64,000 nt of DNA from Anaerolineae bacterium (GCA_025060615.1 JANXBS010000004.1:5400-69399); one strand, 5' to 3'. Counted from the first letter of the stretch, positions 23,853 to 34,250 are shown. Notes: a model not told the origin generated them from the sequence alone. Translations and numbers: made by a program.

Positions 23853-24733
23853 GGGCTACGCTCGGCCACGTAAGCGATCCACTCTGCGCCATCGTAGAGC
23901 TCGAGGCCGTCCCAGGCCGGATGTACCTCTGTCCGGGAAAACCCCGCTTCGGCGCACATGGCAACAAACTCGGCGGTGGGATAGCCCTGATCTGCGATTC
24001 CGTAGGTGTGCATCTCGCCCGTCTCCAGGTTGATGATGAAATACCGTTCGAGAGAGGCTCGCCGTTCCTCGTCCCAGTCTCGTTCACCCAGGTGCAAGTA
24101 AGGGAAATCACCCCACAGCCCGCCGCGATCGGTATACCACCATGAGCTGTGCGGGCGACGATCTAGCCGCTCGAAGTCTAATAGCTCAATCAATAGTCGT
24201 CCACCTGCCCGCAGGGCATGGGCGCATCTCTGTAAGAGCGTCGCTGCCTCCTCGCGAGGGAAGACGGCCAGTTGGCCGTAGAGGAACAGGGCCGCATCAT
24301 AGCCGGCGCCGGCTTCACGAGGCAGGACATCGCGTACATCCGCCTGGGTAAAGCGACAGCGATCAGTAACCCCTTCCCGCTCCGCCAACGCACGAGCGTA
24401 GCGGATAGAGGCGGGGCTAATGTCAATGCCATGGACGATACAGCCACGCTGAGCTAGGCGCACGGCGTAGAGGCCAGGGCCACATGTCACATCCAGCACA
24501 CGTGCCCCTGGGCTCAGGCGCAGCCATCGCCATATCGCCTCGATCTGGCGCTCAATCTCAATCAGGGGGCGGCTGGCAGCCCCATGGGTCTGATCTAGAT
24601 GCTCACGTAACATGCGCTGGGAAAAATCTGGATCGTCCCAGGGCAGGTTGCTCCCATCCCGCCAGGGAACGGCTGGCTGGGGCCGATCGTAGATTTGCCA
24701 CAGATGGGCCCACAGCCGCTGTCCAGCCATCAT
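23849..24733 (-). CDS. Class I SAM-dependent methyltransferase
   Basis: VLDVTCGPGLYAVRLAQRGCIVHGIDIS motif I; start probably ATG 24733 (ORF extends to 24802). Confidence 0.75.
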   Translation of the reverse strand: MMAGQRLWAHLWQIYDRPQPAVPWRDGSNLPWDDPDFSQRMLREHLDQTHGAASRPLIEIERQIEAIWRWLRLSPGARVLDVTCGPGLYAVRLAQRGCIVHGIDISPASIRYARALAEREGVTDRCRFTQADVRDVLPREAGAGYDAALFLYGQLAVFPREEAATLLQRCAHALRAGGRLLIELLDFERLDRRPHSSWWYTDRGGLWGDFPYLHLGERDWDEERRASLERYFIINLETGEMHTYGIADQGYPTAEFVAMCAEAGFSRTEVHPAWDGLELYDGAEWIAYVAERSP

Positions 24734-25054
24734 CAGTGATCTCGTCCTCGTTCTCTTTTGATGTGACATCTCAGAGCTCACTGACGTACGGATCGTTGCC
24801 ATTCGAGGGTGTTTTGAAAAGTCTTGGCCAGCCCCTTTTGCGCCAGGCTTTATGGGCGCAAGAAGGAGTAGCTATCTCATTTGAGCCTTCCTCTGCCTCA
24901 TTTAAGCCAATCTTTGTCCCACCCGGCCAATTTACCCGATACTCTCCTTGTTAGGTTTTAGTCAGTATAGACCATTGACGTGACCCGGAAAAGCCCTTAT
25001 AATGCCTTCAAACTTTTGCTTCTAGCGATGATGTGATGATCGAGGGTAGAGGCT

Positions 25055-26023
25055 TTGCCTATCCGTCTTCCAATCCTCTTGCTTATTGGAATACTGCTGT
25101 TATCCCCTTTGTCAACAGCCCAGGCCGATCCTGATACGCCAGGTAGATTTGTCTATCGGGTGTTCTTGCCCTTGATCAGCGGGCCACAATCGGCCACTTC
25201 CACTATACATACAAAGATCCACACCTTCTGGGCGATCCAAGGCTCCTTTGAGTACGTCGTACAACCCGGCGACACGTTGATCAGCATCGCCATTGACCTT
25301 GGCCGTGATCTGACTGACATGGCGTGTGCCACGCGATCAGCTGGCGAAAGCCTCGATACCCTGCGGCCTGGTCAAGTCCTCTCGATCCCAGCGCTAGGTA
25401 CCGTCTGCCATGTGGTCCGAGAGGGGGATACGCTCGAAAGCCTAGCAGCTCTGTACGGCGTCCCGGTCGCGGTCATCGTAGACAACGCCTGGAATCAGCT
25501 CAGCGGTCCACCATACGTTTTGGTGCCTGGGCAACGGCTGCGCATCACCGGCGCGCTGGATCCCCGTTTTATCCCGCAGCCAACGGCCAGCCCTCGCATA
25601 GCCCGAACGGACCGCACGGTTAGCACGCCCCTTCCCTCCGAGTTATGGCCTTACGGCGATGGGCGCTTTATCTGGCCGATCCAAGGGACAATCACCCAGG
25701 GCTTCTCCAACGAGCATCGTGGCATCGACATCGCCGCCGACCTGGGCGATGTGGTAGTGGCGGCGGACACCGGCACTGTGATCAAGGCCGGCTGGAATGA
25801 TCAGGGGCTGGGCTATCGCGTGGTCATCGATCACCACATCGACTATATCACCCTTTACGCTCATCTCTCCGCCGTGCTGGTGCACGAAGGCGAAGTGGTC
25901 AAGAAGGGGCAGCCGATCGGACTGGCCGGCGCTACCGGCAACGCTACCGGAGTACATCTCCACTTCGCAATCTTGGACTACGGCATCGCTACCGATCCTT
26001 TAAACTTGCTCCCCCCTCGGTGA
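25055..26023 (+). CDS. Secreted M23 family metallopeptidase with two LysM domains
   Basis: Signal peptide, two LysM repeats (YVVQPGDTLISIA; HVVREGDTLESLA), C-terminal M23 motifs HRGIDIAA...HLHF; TTG start. Confidence 0.85.
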   Translation: MPIRLPILLLIGILLLSPLSTAQADPDTPGRFVYRVFLPLISGPQSATSTIHTKIHTFWAIQGSFEYVVQPGDTLISIAIDLGRDLTDMACATRSAGESLDTLRPGQVLSIPALGTVCHVVREGDTLESLAALYGVPVAVIVDNAWNQLSGPPYVLVPGQRLRITGALDPRFIPQPTASPRIARTDRTVSTPLPSELWPYGDGRFIWPIQGTITQGFSNEHRGIDIAADLGDVVVAADTGTVIKAGWNDQGLGYRVVIDHHIDYITLYAHLSAVLVHEGEVVKKGQPIGLAGATGNATGVHLHFAILDYGIATDPLNLLPPR

Positions 26024-26049
26024 TCTCCTGAGATAACTAGCTGAGAGAG

Positions 26050-26787
26050 TTAACTATGCTTGCGTTGCCGTTGGCGAGCAATAAATCGTCGCGTTTGCCA
26101 TACCCGCCACACCGTGCGCAGGAAGTCCAGACTGTCCCGCAGTGGGTGAAAGTGGCTCTGTTCACCTCCATAGATCGTGCGGATCGGCACCCAGGCGATA
26201 GAGTAGCCAGCGCCGATCGCTCGAGCGATCACGTCCACCTCATAGCTGAAACGGGCGGGGCTTTGCTCATCCTCCAGAGCTTGTAACAGCTTCAGTAGAC
26301 GCTGGCTATACAGGCGATATCCGCTTTGATTATCGGGCACATCCTGTCCCAAGGCCAGCCTCAGGAGCCAGCGTCCAGTTCGGTTGGCCCAGCGGCGGAG
26401 GAAAGGCATCGAGGCATATGCCCGCCGGCCGATGATCAGATCGGCCCGCGTTTGAGTGTAGGCCTCTACGAAGCGTGGCATCTCACTGGGATCGTGCTGG
26501 CCATCGGCATCCAGGGTGAAGATCAGGTCGAAATCATGGCGCAACGCCCAAGCGAACCCGCTGCGCAGCGCCGCGCCTTTCCCTCGGTTGACCGAATGGG
26601 CGATTACCGTAGCTCCTGCTAGCGCGGCGGCAGCAGCGGTGCCGTCAGAGGAGCCATCGTCCACTACGACGACGGCCTTGACATGCTGAAGGGCACCGCG
26701 TACCACAGCTTTGACAGTAGAGACCTCGTTGTAGGCTGGAATTATGGCAGCCATTTGATCCCTGTTCAAGCCGGTGGCAGAGCCCAT
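26050..26787 (-). CDS. Family-2 glycosyltransferase, polyprenol-phosphate sugar (mannose/glucose) synthase-like
   Basis: AIIPAYNE, VVVDDGSSDGT, TLDADGQHDP motifs typical of Dpm1/Ppm1-like GT2; ATG 26787 with GGAGG RBS. Confidence 0.8.
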   Translation of the reverse strand: MGSATGLNRDQMAAIIPAYNEVSTVKAVVRGALQHVKAVVVVDDGSSDGTAAAAALAGATVIAHSVNRGKGAALRSGFAWALRHDFDLIFTLDADGQHDPSEMPRFVEAYTQTRADLIIGRRAYASMPFLRRWANRTGRWLLRLALGQDVPDNQSGYRLYSQRLLKLLQALEDEQSPARFSYEVDVIARAIGAGYSIAWVPIRTIYGGEQSHFHPLRDSLDFLRTVWRVWQTRRFIARQRQRKHS

Positions 26788-27087
26788 CCCACCCTCCCCT
26801 GGCACAACCCATGTACAGAAGCTACTCGATTGTAGCATGACGGCCCATGGTGAGCAACCTCGCTTGCATTCAATTTAGACATGAGTCAATGACCATCCAT
26901 CTCGGGAGCGGGGTCAAAGGTAAGCATCCAGCTTTCGGGCTCGCTCCACGATTCAGTAGAGCTGTCAGGAGCAAGGGGATGGATCCAAATAGTTACTTTA
27001 ATTAGTTTACAAACGAGAAGTTTTATGATACGATCTCTGTGAGGGATCAGTTTATTCAGCGATCTGAGAGCGTAAAGTGGGAGAGAG

Positions 27088-27768
27088 ATGATGAGCATCA
27101 ATAAAGCGAAGGCCGAGCCAATCCAGCCCACGCGACGGCGTATCCTCTTCGAGTTGAAGCGATCAGGCGGGCTCACCTGTCAAGAGCTAGCGAAGATCTT
27201 GGGTATCACGTCTATGGGGGTTCGACGCCACCTGATCACACTGGAGCGGGACGGCCTGGTACGCTACAGGACCCAACAGCGCGGCCCTGGGCGGCCTAGT
27301 TACGTATACCACCTGACTGAACTGGCCGAGGAGATGTTTCCCAGAAGCTATGGGCAACTCACCAATGAGTTGCTGAGCTACATTGAGTTGCTTGATGGCG
27401 AAGCGAAAATCCAGAGCCTGTTTGATCAGCGCGCGCAGCGTCGAATCCACCACGCCCAGGCTCGCTTAAAAGGGCTTTCGTTTCCCCACAAGGTCATGGA
27501 GCTGGCGCGCATCCTGGAGGACGATGGCTATCTAGCCGAAGCCGTACAGGTGGACCAGGATACCTTTCTCCTGCGAGAGCACAACTGCGCTATCCACCAG
27601 GTCGCCGCGCGCTTTCAACAGGCCTGCGCTAGCGAGCTGAACTTCCTGCGCGCAGTGCTCCCGGAGGCAGAAGTGACGCGCGAACACCACATGGTGTCAG
27701 GCGAGACGTATTGTGGCTATCGGATCACCCTCCGCCAGGAAAAGCCTCAGCAGGGAAGAGCCTCTTGA
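27088..27768 (+). CDS. Winged-HTH transcriptional regulator (ArsR-like N-terminal HTH plus C-terminal domain)
   Basis: RRRILFELKRSGGLTCQELAKILGITSMGVRRHLITLERDGLV HTH; immediately upstream of a proline dehydrogenase operon. Putative promoter TTTACA-17-TACGAT at ~27010..27040. Confidence 0.6.
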   Translation: MMSINKAKAEPIQPTRRRILFELKRSGGLTCQELAKILGITSMGVRRHLITLERDGLVRYRTQQRGPGRPSYVYHLTELAEEMFPRSYGQLTNELLSYIELLDGEAKIQSLFDQRAQRRIHHAQARLKGLSFPHKVMELARILEDDGYLAEAVQVDQDTFLLREHNCAIHQVAARFQQACASELNFLRAVLPEAEVTREHHMVSGETYCGYRITLRQEKPQQGRAS

Positions 27769-27930
27769 GCGCTTTCTATACTGGACCCTATCCTTTGAAA
27801 TTCAAAGGCTGGCTTCAAGCTGTCTTTAGTCAAGTTCAGAGCTAGCTTGCAGCCTTTGCCCGCCTCTATCCGGAGTGGTACAATCCTCCCAGTTGATCCG
27901 GTATGGTTTCACCCCGTCAGAGGACATCCC

Positions 27931-28863
27931 ATGCTGCTACGTGAGCTTTTCTTGATCCTCTCTCGTAACCAGAGCTGGCAAGGCCGGATCGCATCTCTGC
28001 CAGCTGTCCGTCGCATGGCATGCCGATTCGTCGCAGGAGAGACGCTAGATGACGCGCTGACAGTGGTGCAGCGGCTGAACGAGCGAGGCCTTGTGGCCAC
28101 CATCAATCACCTGGGCGAAAATGTGAATTCAGAGGCCGCCGCATCGGTCAGCGCTGAGGCCTATCTGGCTGCCCTAGATGCCATCGCTGTGCTGAACCTG
28201 AAGAGCCATATCTCGGTCAAACCGACCCATCTTGGCCTGGACCTGGGAGATGAGCTCTGTTATGCTAACCTCGAACGGGTGGTCGCCCACGCAACCACAC
28301 GAGGGAACTTCGTCTGGATTGACATGGAGGGTTCGGCTTATACCCAATCCACGATTGACCTGTATCGCCGATTGCGGCGCGCCCATGAGAACGTGGGATT
28401 GGCCATTCAGGCATACCTGTATCGCAGCCGGGCAGATGTGGAAAACTTGATCGAGGAAGGGATCGCCCATTTGCGGCTCTGTAAGGGAGCCTATGACGAG
28501 CCGCCCAGCATCGCCTATCCCGACAAGCGCGATGTGGACGAGAATCTGTTTCAGTTGACACGAACGATGCTCCAACCAGCAGCGCGGGCGCGCGGCGCTT
28601 ATCCGGCCATCGCCACGCATGACGAACGCATCATCCGCCGGGTGCGCGCGTATGCCTATCACCGTCGCATCCCACCGGACGCTTATGAGTTTCAGATGCT
28701 TCACGGCGTCCGCCGTGAGCTCCAATGGCGCCTGGCCGATGAGGGTTATCAGGTGCGCGTATACGTCCCGTATGGCTCCCACTGGTATCCCTATTTCATG
28801 CGGCGCCTGGCCGAGCGTCCAGCGAACGTGCTGTTCTTCTTGCGGGCGCTTTTCAGCCAGTGA
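27931..28863 (+). CDS. Proline dehydrogenase (monofunctional PutA-like)
   Basis: ~310-aa ProDH family similarity (…LCKGAYDEP…YEFQMLHG…); ATG 27931 with AGAGGA RBS. Confidence 0.8.
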   Translation: MLLRELFLILSRNQSWQGRIASLPAVRRMACRFVAGETLDDALTVVQRLNERGLVATINHLGENVNSEAAASVSAEAYLAALDAIAVLNLKSHISVKPTHLGLDLGDELCYANLERVVAHATTRGNFVWIDMEGSAYTQSTIDLYRRLRRAHENVGLAIQAYLYRSRADVENLIEEGIAHLRLCKGAYDEPPSIAYPDKRDVDENLFQLTRTMLQPAARARGAYPAIATHDERIIRRVRAYAYHRRIPPDAYEFQMLHGVRRELQWRLADEGYQVRVYVPYGSHWYPYFMRRLAERPANVLFFLRALFSQ

Positions 28864-28876
28864 AAAGACTCGAGGG

Positions 28877-29635
28877 ATGAAAAAAATGAGGAATCCCCAT
28901 CCAGAACGGCCATTGATCTTCGCTCACCGAGGAGCCAAAGCCGTTGCGCCTGAGAACACCATCCCCGCTTTTCTGAAGGCGATTGAGCTGGGCGCAGACG
29001 GCGTCGAGCTGGATGTCCAGTTCTCCGCCGATGGAGCGCTGGTGGTCATCCATAACGTGATGCTGGACGAGACCACCAATGGCCATGGCCGCGTCACGGC
29101 GCATACACTGGAAGAACTAAAAGCGCTGGACGCAGGGAGCTGGTTCGCCCCGGAGTTTGCTGGCACCCGCCTATGCACCCTAGAGGAGGCCCTAGATGCC
29201 ATCGGCCATCGCTTGTTGGTCAACATCGAGATGAAATCGTTCTCGATGGGCAATGACGGCATGGCTGAGCAGGTGGCCGAGATCATCCGACGGCGAAACC
29301 TGTACGATCAGGTGATTGTCTCATCCTTCAATCCATTCACCCTGCGTCGTCTAAAGAAGGTCGATCCCAGGATCGAGACAGGCCTTCTCTATGCGCCGGG
29401 GCTGCCGATCTATCTGAGCCGAGCCTGGCTGCGCCCCTGGGCCAAACCGGATGCACTTCATCCTGAGTACGTTATGGTGGATGAGGCGTATATGCGCTGG
29501 GCGCGCCAGCGGGGTTACCCTGTGAATGTCTGGACTGTCAACGAACCTGACGAGATGCGGAAGATGATCGCGCTGGGGGTGAACGCCATCATCACTGATT
29601 ACCCCGATCGCCTGCGAGAGCTGCTGGAATCGTAG
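28877..29635 (+). CDS. Glycerophosphodiester phosphodiesterase
   Basis: IFAHRGA, ENTIPAF, GADGVELDVQ GDPD motifs; ATG 28877. Confidence 0.85.
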   Translation: MKKMRNPHPERPLIFAHRGAKAVAPENTIPAFLKAIELGADGVELDVQFSADGALVVIHNVMLDETTNGHGRVTAHTLEELKALDAGSWFAPEFAGTRLCTLEEALDAIGHRLLVNIEMKSFSMGNDGMAEQVAEIIRRRNLYDQVIVSSFNPFTLRRLKKVDPRIETGLLYAPGLPIYLSRAWLRPWAKPDALHPEYVMVDEAYMRWARQRGYPVNVWTVNEPDEMRKMIALGVNAIITDYPDRLRELLES

Positions 29636-29646
29636 CGAGGAGGCCT

Positions 29647-30540
29647 TTGCCCACCGCCAAGCTTATCGTCAACCCGTATGCTGGCCGCTGGGCCGGCCGT
29701 GCGGCTCTTCCAAAGGTCGCGGAGACGTTACGTCGTTTGGGATATCCCTTCGAGCTGGTCACTACAGAGGGGCCGGATCATGCCATTGCATTGGCGCGCG
29801 CGGCGGCCGAGGCCGGCTACAGCCCCATCGTGGCCGTCGGAGGGGATGGCACGATCAGCGAGGTGGTAAATGGGCTGATGGAGGCCGCCGCAGGCGGCGT
29901 GGCCGGTCCCTTGGGAGTTATTCCCGCCGGTTGCGCCAACGACCTGGCCCGGCAGTTGGGGCTGCCTCTAGATGTAGCGACCGCGTGTCGGCGTCTGCTC
30001 GCGGGCAGCGAGCGCGTCATCGACGTGGGCCGGGTCAACGGGCGCTACTTCGTGAACGATGTCGGCGTGGGATTCGAACCCCAGGTGACGCTGGAAGCGC
30101 GCCAGATCCGGTGGCTGCGGGGGACGCTCGTCTATTTGGTTGCCGTGTTTCGCGCGCTGCGACACCTACGTCAGCCGCATATGACCGTCGAATGGGACGG
30201 CGGGCGGGCCAGCCACCCAATGCCGTTGGTATCGGTGGGTAATGGGAACATCACCGGCGGCTTTCGCCTGACGCCGCATGCCCGCTTAGACGATGGAGCA
30301 TTGGACTTCGTATTTGCCCAGCGCGTGACTATGCTTCAGATTCTGCGCCTGTTGCCTGGCACCTTGCGGGGCACGCATATCCATCATCCATCGGTCGTCA
30401 CCGGCCGCTCCACACGCCTCGCCGTGCATTCCGAGGAGCCGGTACCCCTCGGCGTGGACGGCGAGGTGCGCACCACAGGAGCTCAGGATCTGAGCTTTGA
30501 GATCTTGCCTGCTCGGCTGCGTGTGATCGTCGGAGGCTAG
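29647..30540 (+). CDS. Diacylglycerol kinase-family lipid kinase (YegS/DagK-like)
   Basis: DAGK_cat motifs AVGGDGTISEVVNGL and GVIPAGCANDLAR. Confidence 0.8.
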   Translation: MPTAKLIVNPYAGRWAGRAALPKVAETLRRLGYPFELVTTEGPDHAIALARAAAEAGYSPIVAVGGDGTISEVVNGLMEAAAGGVAGPLGVIPAGCANDLARQLGLPLDVATACRRLLAGSERVIDVGRVNGRYFVNDVGVGFEPQVTLEARQIRWLRGTLVYLVAVFRALRHLRQPHMTVEWDGGRASHPMPLVSVGNGNITGGFRLTPHARLDDGALDFVFAQRVTMLQILRLLPGTLRGTHIHHPSVVTGRSTRLAVHSEEPVPLGVDGEVRTTGAQDLSFEILPARLRVIVGG

Positions 30541-32804
30541 AGGCGGCCTCGGGCCTGTGACTCGCGCCGCTGCGCGTCCACGACGGCGATCGCCGCGATA
30601 CGGACGATGTCCTTCACTTCATCGCCTGTCTGCAAAACGTGCACCGGCTTCCCTGTCCCCATCAGGATCGGGCCAATGGCCTCCGCACCGCCCAGCCGAT
30701 GCAGCAGCTTGTAAGCCACATTAGCCGCCTCCAGATCAGGGAAGACCAATACGTTGGCATCCCGTACTCGGCTGAAGGGGTAACGCTCCTCGATGATCTC
30801 CGGCACCACGGCCGTGTCCGCTTGCATCTCGCCGTCTATGCACAGATCAGGCCGGCGCTGTCGCACGATCTCTACCGCCTCCCGTACCTTCTCGGAGAAT
30901 GGGTGACGGGTCGAGCCGAAGTTGGAGAACGAGAGCATCGCGATGCGCGGCTCGATGTCGAACTCGCGAGCCAGATCAGCGGCCATGATGGCGATCTCCG
31001 CCAGCTCCTGCGCGTTTGGGTCAATGTTGACCGTGGCATCGGTGAAGAAGTACACGCGATCGCGCACAATCATGATGTACAGCCCCGCCACGCGGCAGAC
31101 GCTCTCCTGTGTGTGAACGATCTGCAAGGCCGGGCGCAATACCTCCGGGTAACTGTACGTGAGGCCGGAGATGAAGGCATCGGCATCACCTTGGTAGACC
31201 ATCATTGCGCCGAAGTAGTTGGGTTGCTGGATCAATTGGGCCGCCAGTGTGCGAGTGACGCCTCGCCGCTGCCGCAATTGATATAGCGCCTCGGCATAAC
31301 GTTCATCGTACTCGCTGGCGCCCGGTGTGACGACGCGAGGCTGGTAGTGCAGTCCCAGCTCTCGGATCCGTTCCCGGATCACCTCCGGCCGGCCCAGTAA
31401 GGTGACCTTTCCGATGCCCTCTTCTTCGATCTGGGCAGCCGCTCGCAGCACCTTGCGCTCCTCGCCCTCGGCGAAGACGATCCGCTTGGGCTTGGCCTTG
31501 GCCTTGTTGATAACGCGGCGCATCAGCTCCCACCCCTTGCCCAGCCGCGCCTCCAACTTTTCACGATAGCACTCGATGTCAATGTGCACACGGGCAACGC
31601 CTGTCTCCATGGCTGCCTTAGCGACGGCCGGCGCGACCCACAAGAGCACGCGCGGGTCCAACGGCTTAGGAATGATGTATTCGGGGCCGAAACGCAATGA
31701 TGTCAGCCGGTACGCGCTCAACACCGAGTCAGGCACATCTTCCCGCGCCAGCGCGGCCAGGGCATAGGCGGCGGCCACTTTCATCTCATCGTTGATGGCG
31801 CGGGCGCGTACGTCTAGTGCGCCGCGAAAGATGAACGGGAACCCCAGCACATTGTTCACCTGATTGGGGTAATCGCTACGGCCTGTGGCCACGATCGCGT
31901 CGGGCCGGGCAGCTCGAGCCTCCTCATAGCGGATCTCCGGGTCAGGATTGGCCATGGCGAAGATGATGGGATTGGGAGCCATAACCTGGATCATCTCACC
32001 GGTCAGCACATTGCCTACGGAGAGGCCTAAGAACATGTCGGCGTCCACCAACGCCTCGGCTAGCGTGCGAGCTTTAGTGTCGCGAGCGAAGCGGGCCTTG
32101 AACTCGTTCATGTTCACCTCGCGGCCAGCGTAGATGACGCCGCGAGAGTCCAGCATGGTGATGTTCTCGCGCCGCACGCCCAGCCGCACGTAGAACTCAG
32201 CGCAGGCGATAGCCGATGCGCCTGCGCCGTTGACGACAACCCGAAGATCCTCTGGCCGACGGTTGGTCAGCTCGCAGGCGTTGAGCATAGCTGCCCCAGA
32301 GATAATCGCCGTGCCATGTTGGTCATCATGGAAAACGGGGATGTCCAAGCGCCGCCTTAGGATCTCCTCGATGTAGAAGCATTCCGGCGCCTTGATGTCC
32401 TCTAGGTTAATCCCGCCGAAGGTAGGAGCGATCGCTTCGACGACGCAGATGAAGATCTCGGGATTGGGGGCGTTGACTTCAATGTCGAATACATCAATAT
32501 CGGCGAATCGCTTGAAGAGAATCCCTTTGCCCTCCATCACCGGTTTAGAGGCCAACGCGCCGCGATTGCCTAGCCCTAGGATGGCGGTACCATTGGAGAT
32601 CACAGCCACTAAATTCCCCTTCGCCGTGTACTCGTAGGCTAGGTCTGGATCCCTGGCGATCTCTAAGACCGGGAAGGCCACGCCCGGCGTGTAAGCTAGC
32701 GACAAATCCCGTTGCGTTAGGGTTGGCTTGCTCGGAACGACCTCGATCTTCCCTTTGCGCCCTTCGCTGTGGTAAGCGAGGGCCTCTTCTGGTGTAATAC
32801 GCAT
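30537..32804 (-). CDS. maeB: NADP-dependent malic enzyme with C-terminal phosphotransacetylase-like domain
   Basis: 755 aa; malic enzyme N-terminal and NAD-binding domains followed by PTA-like domain. Confidence 0.9.
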   Translation of the reverse strand: MRITPEEALAYHSEGRKGKIEVVPSKPTLTQRDLSLAYTPGVAFPVLEIARDPDLAYEYTAKGNLVAVISNGTAILGLGNRGALASKPVMEGKGILFKRFADIDVFDIEVNAPNPEIFICVVEAIAPTFGGINLEDIKAPECFYIEEILRRRLDIPVFHDDQHGTAIISGAAMLNACELTNRRPEDLRVVVNGAGASAIACAEFYVRLGVRRENITMLDSRGVIYAGREVNMNEFKARFARDTKARTLAEALVDADMFLGLSVGNVLTGEMIQVMAPNPIIFAMANPDPEIRYEEARAARPDAIVATGRSDYPNQVNNVLGFPFIFRGALDVRARAINDEMKVAAAYALAALAREDVPDSVLSAYRLTSLRFGPEYIIPKPLDPRVLLWVAPAVAKAAMETGVARVHIDIECYREKLEARLGKGWELMRRVINKAKAKPKRIVFAEGEERKVLRAAAQIEEEGIGKVTLLGRPEVIRERIRELGLHYQPRVVTPGASEYDERYAEALYQLRQRRGVTRTLAAQLIQQPNYFGAMMVYQGDADAFISGLTYSYPEVLRPALQIVHTQESVCRVAGLYIMIVRDRVYFFTDATVNIDPNAQELAEIAIMAADLAREFDIEPRIAMLSFSNFGSTRHPFSEKVREAVEIVRQRRPDLCIDGEMQADTAVVPEIIEERYPFSRVRDANVLVFPDLEAANVAYKLLHRLGGAEAIGPILMGTGKPVHVLQTGDEVKDIVRIAAIAVVDAQRRESQARGRL

Positions 32805-32861
32805 CTTCCTCCTCCCTTCAATTAGCCCGTGGACAACAGGTCATAGACGCCTTTAGTTCGT

Positions 32862-34172
32862 TTATGGCCTTGCCTCTTGGACCTGCATCAGCGCCATCCG
32901 ACGTTGGCGCGGCTCCTCCAGCCGCGCAGCGCTGAATAAGCCAGCCAGGCAAACGATCGCTGTGAGGCTCAGCAAAACCGTATATGAGGAAATCTGTAGC
33001 ACCCACCCACCCAAAAACGGCGCAATTAAGACCACGCTGCCTAGCGTATTAGCTAATCCCACGTAAGTGGACCGCTCGGCTGCGGGCGCGATCTCCAAGA
33101 TGTAGTTCATAAATCCAGCCATATTGGCGTTAGCCAACGCGCCCAGAAGGGTGAAGACTAGGGCGTAGACATACATCAGCACCCCCCCTGGCAGCCATGT
33201 GCGCAGCCAGGAGATGCACAGCGCCAGGGTCGGTGCGCCCACTGCCATACCAGCTGTCAGGCAGATCACCATACGCGTCCCCTGTCGTTCACTAATGTAA
33301 CCCATCACCAACCCGGAAAGGATGCCACCAATCACTTGAGCGGAGAGAAATATCCCCACCACCCCCTGGTCAAATCGTAGCACGTCTAATGCATAGATCA
33401 CATAAAAGGGGATGGCCATGTTACTCCACATCACCAACAGCCGCACGAGAACCACTAGACGAAACATGTGATCAGCTCGCATCACCTCGATCAGCCGACT
33501 GATATAAGATGGCCAGGGCAGGCGATCTTGGACGATCTCCAACGGCTGCTCCTTTACCCGGATGAATGACAAAAGCGACAAGGAGAAGAAACCACTGGCG
33601 ATGGCGAACAGGAGCGCATAGTTGATGGGAAAATCCGGCCCATTTGGTCCCAGGATATGACTCACGATGATCCCTGCCCCGACGCCTGCCATGCCCGTGC
33701 CGGTCTGTGCCAAGCCCACCAACCGGCCGCGGCGTGCAGGTGGCAAACTCTTGCTGAACACGTCAAACCAGGCGACGCTGGCGATCCCATCGGTCATGAT
33801 GAAGAGAGTCAAGACCAAAAAGAACAGCACAAGCACCAGGTTGGGATGAGGCACGGCCCACAGCCAGATCGCCACCGTCAGCAATAAGTAGCCAAGCCGA
33901 CCTGTCAATGCTGGGAAGACAACATAAGGCTTCTTCAGCGGCTTGCCAGCCACATAGTTAGCCGCAATCAACTGCGGCAGCATCCAACCCCCGCTCAGGA
34001 TGGTAGTTACCAACCCAATCAAGGGTGCGGAGCTGGTAAGCTGCCGGACCAGAGATGGCATCACCGTGGTTGGGTTGATGAAGCTCATCGCCACACCGAA
34101 GAAGAAGAAATCGCCCAACAAAGCAGCGAAATTGCGGCGATAATTCGGTGGGAGTTCGCGATCCAAGGACAT
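32862..34172 (-). CDS. MFS transporter
   Basis: 436 aa, 12 TM helices. Confidence 0.75.
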   Translation of the reverse strand: MSLDRELPPNYRRNFAALLGDFFFFGVAMSFINPTTVMPSLVRQLTSSAPLIGLVTTILSGGWMLPQLIAANYVAGKPLKKPYVVFPALTGRLGYLLLTVAIWLWAVPHPNLVLVLFFLVLTLFIMTDGIASVAWFDVFSKSLPPARRGRLVGLAQTGTGMAGVGAGIIVSHILGPNGPDFPINYALLFAIASGFFSLSLLSFIRVKEQPLEIVQDRLPWPSYISRLIEVMRADHMFRLVVLVRLLVMWSNMAIPFYVIYALDVLRFDQGVVGIFLSAQVIGGILSGLVMGYISERQGTRMVICLTAGMAVGAPTLALCISWLRTWLPGGVLMYVYALVFTLLGALANANMAGFMNYILEIAPAAERSTYVGLANTLGSVVLIAPFLGGWVLQISSYTVLLSLTAIVCLAGLFSAARLEEPRQRRMALMQVQEARP

Positions 34173-34218
34173 AGGCCTTGACTTTGCGTCCTAGTTCACA
34201 ATCATAACACAAAAACCC

Positions 34219-34250
34219 GGCCTGGAGTATGATCCCACTCCAGGCCGGAG
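34219..34250 (-). terminator. Intrinsic terminator: perfect 12-bp stem CCGGCCTGGAGT/ACTCCAGGCCGG followed on the minus strand by GTTTTTGTGTT
   Basis: Seen in sequence between the 34446..35066 gene and the MFS gene. Confidence 0.55.

Noticed and set aside
26886-27176. 96-aa minus-strand ORF in the GT2/regulator divergent intergenic region
   Set aside because: AT-rich promoter region; ORF runs into the regulator gene; no RBS; likely spurious
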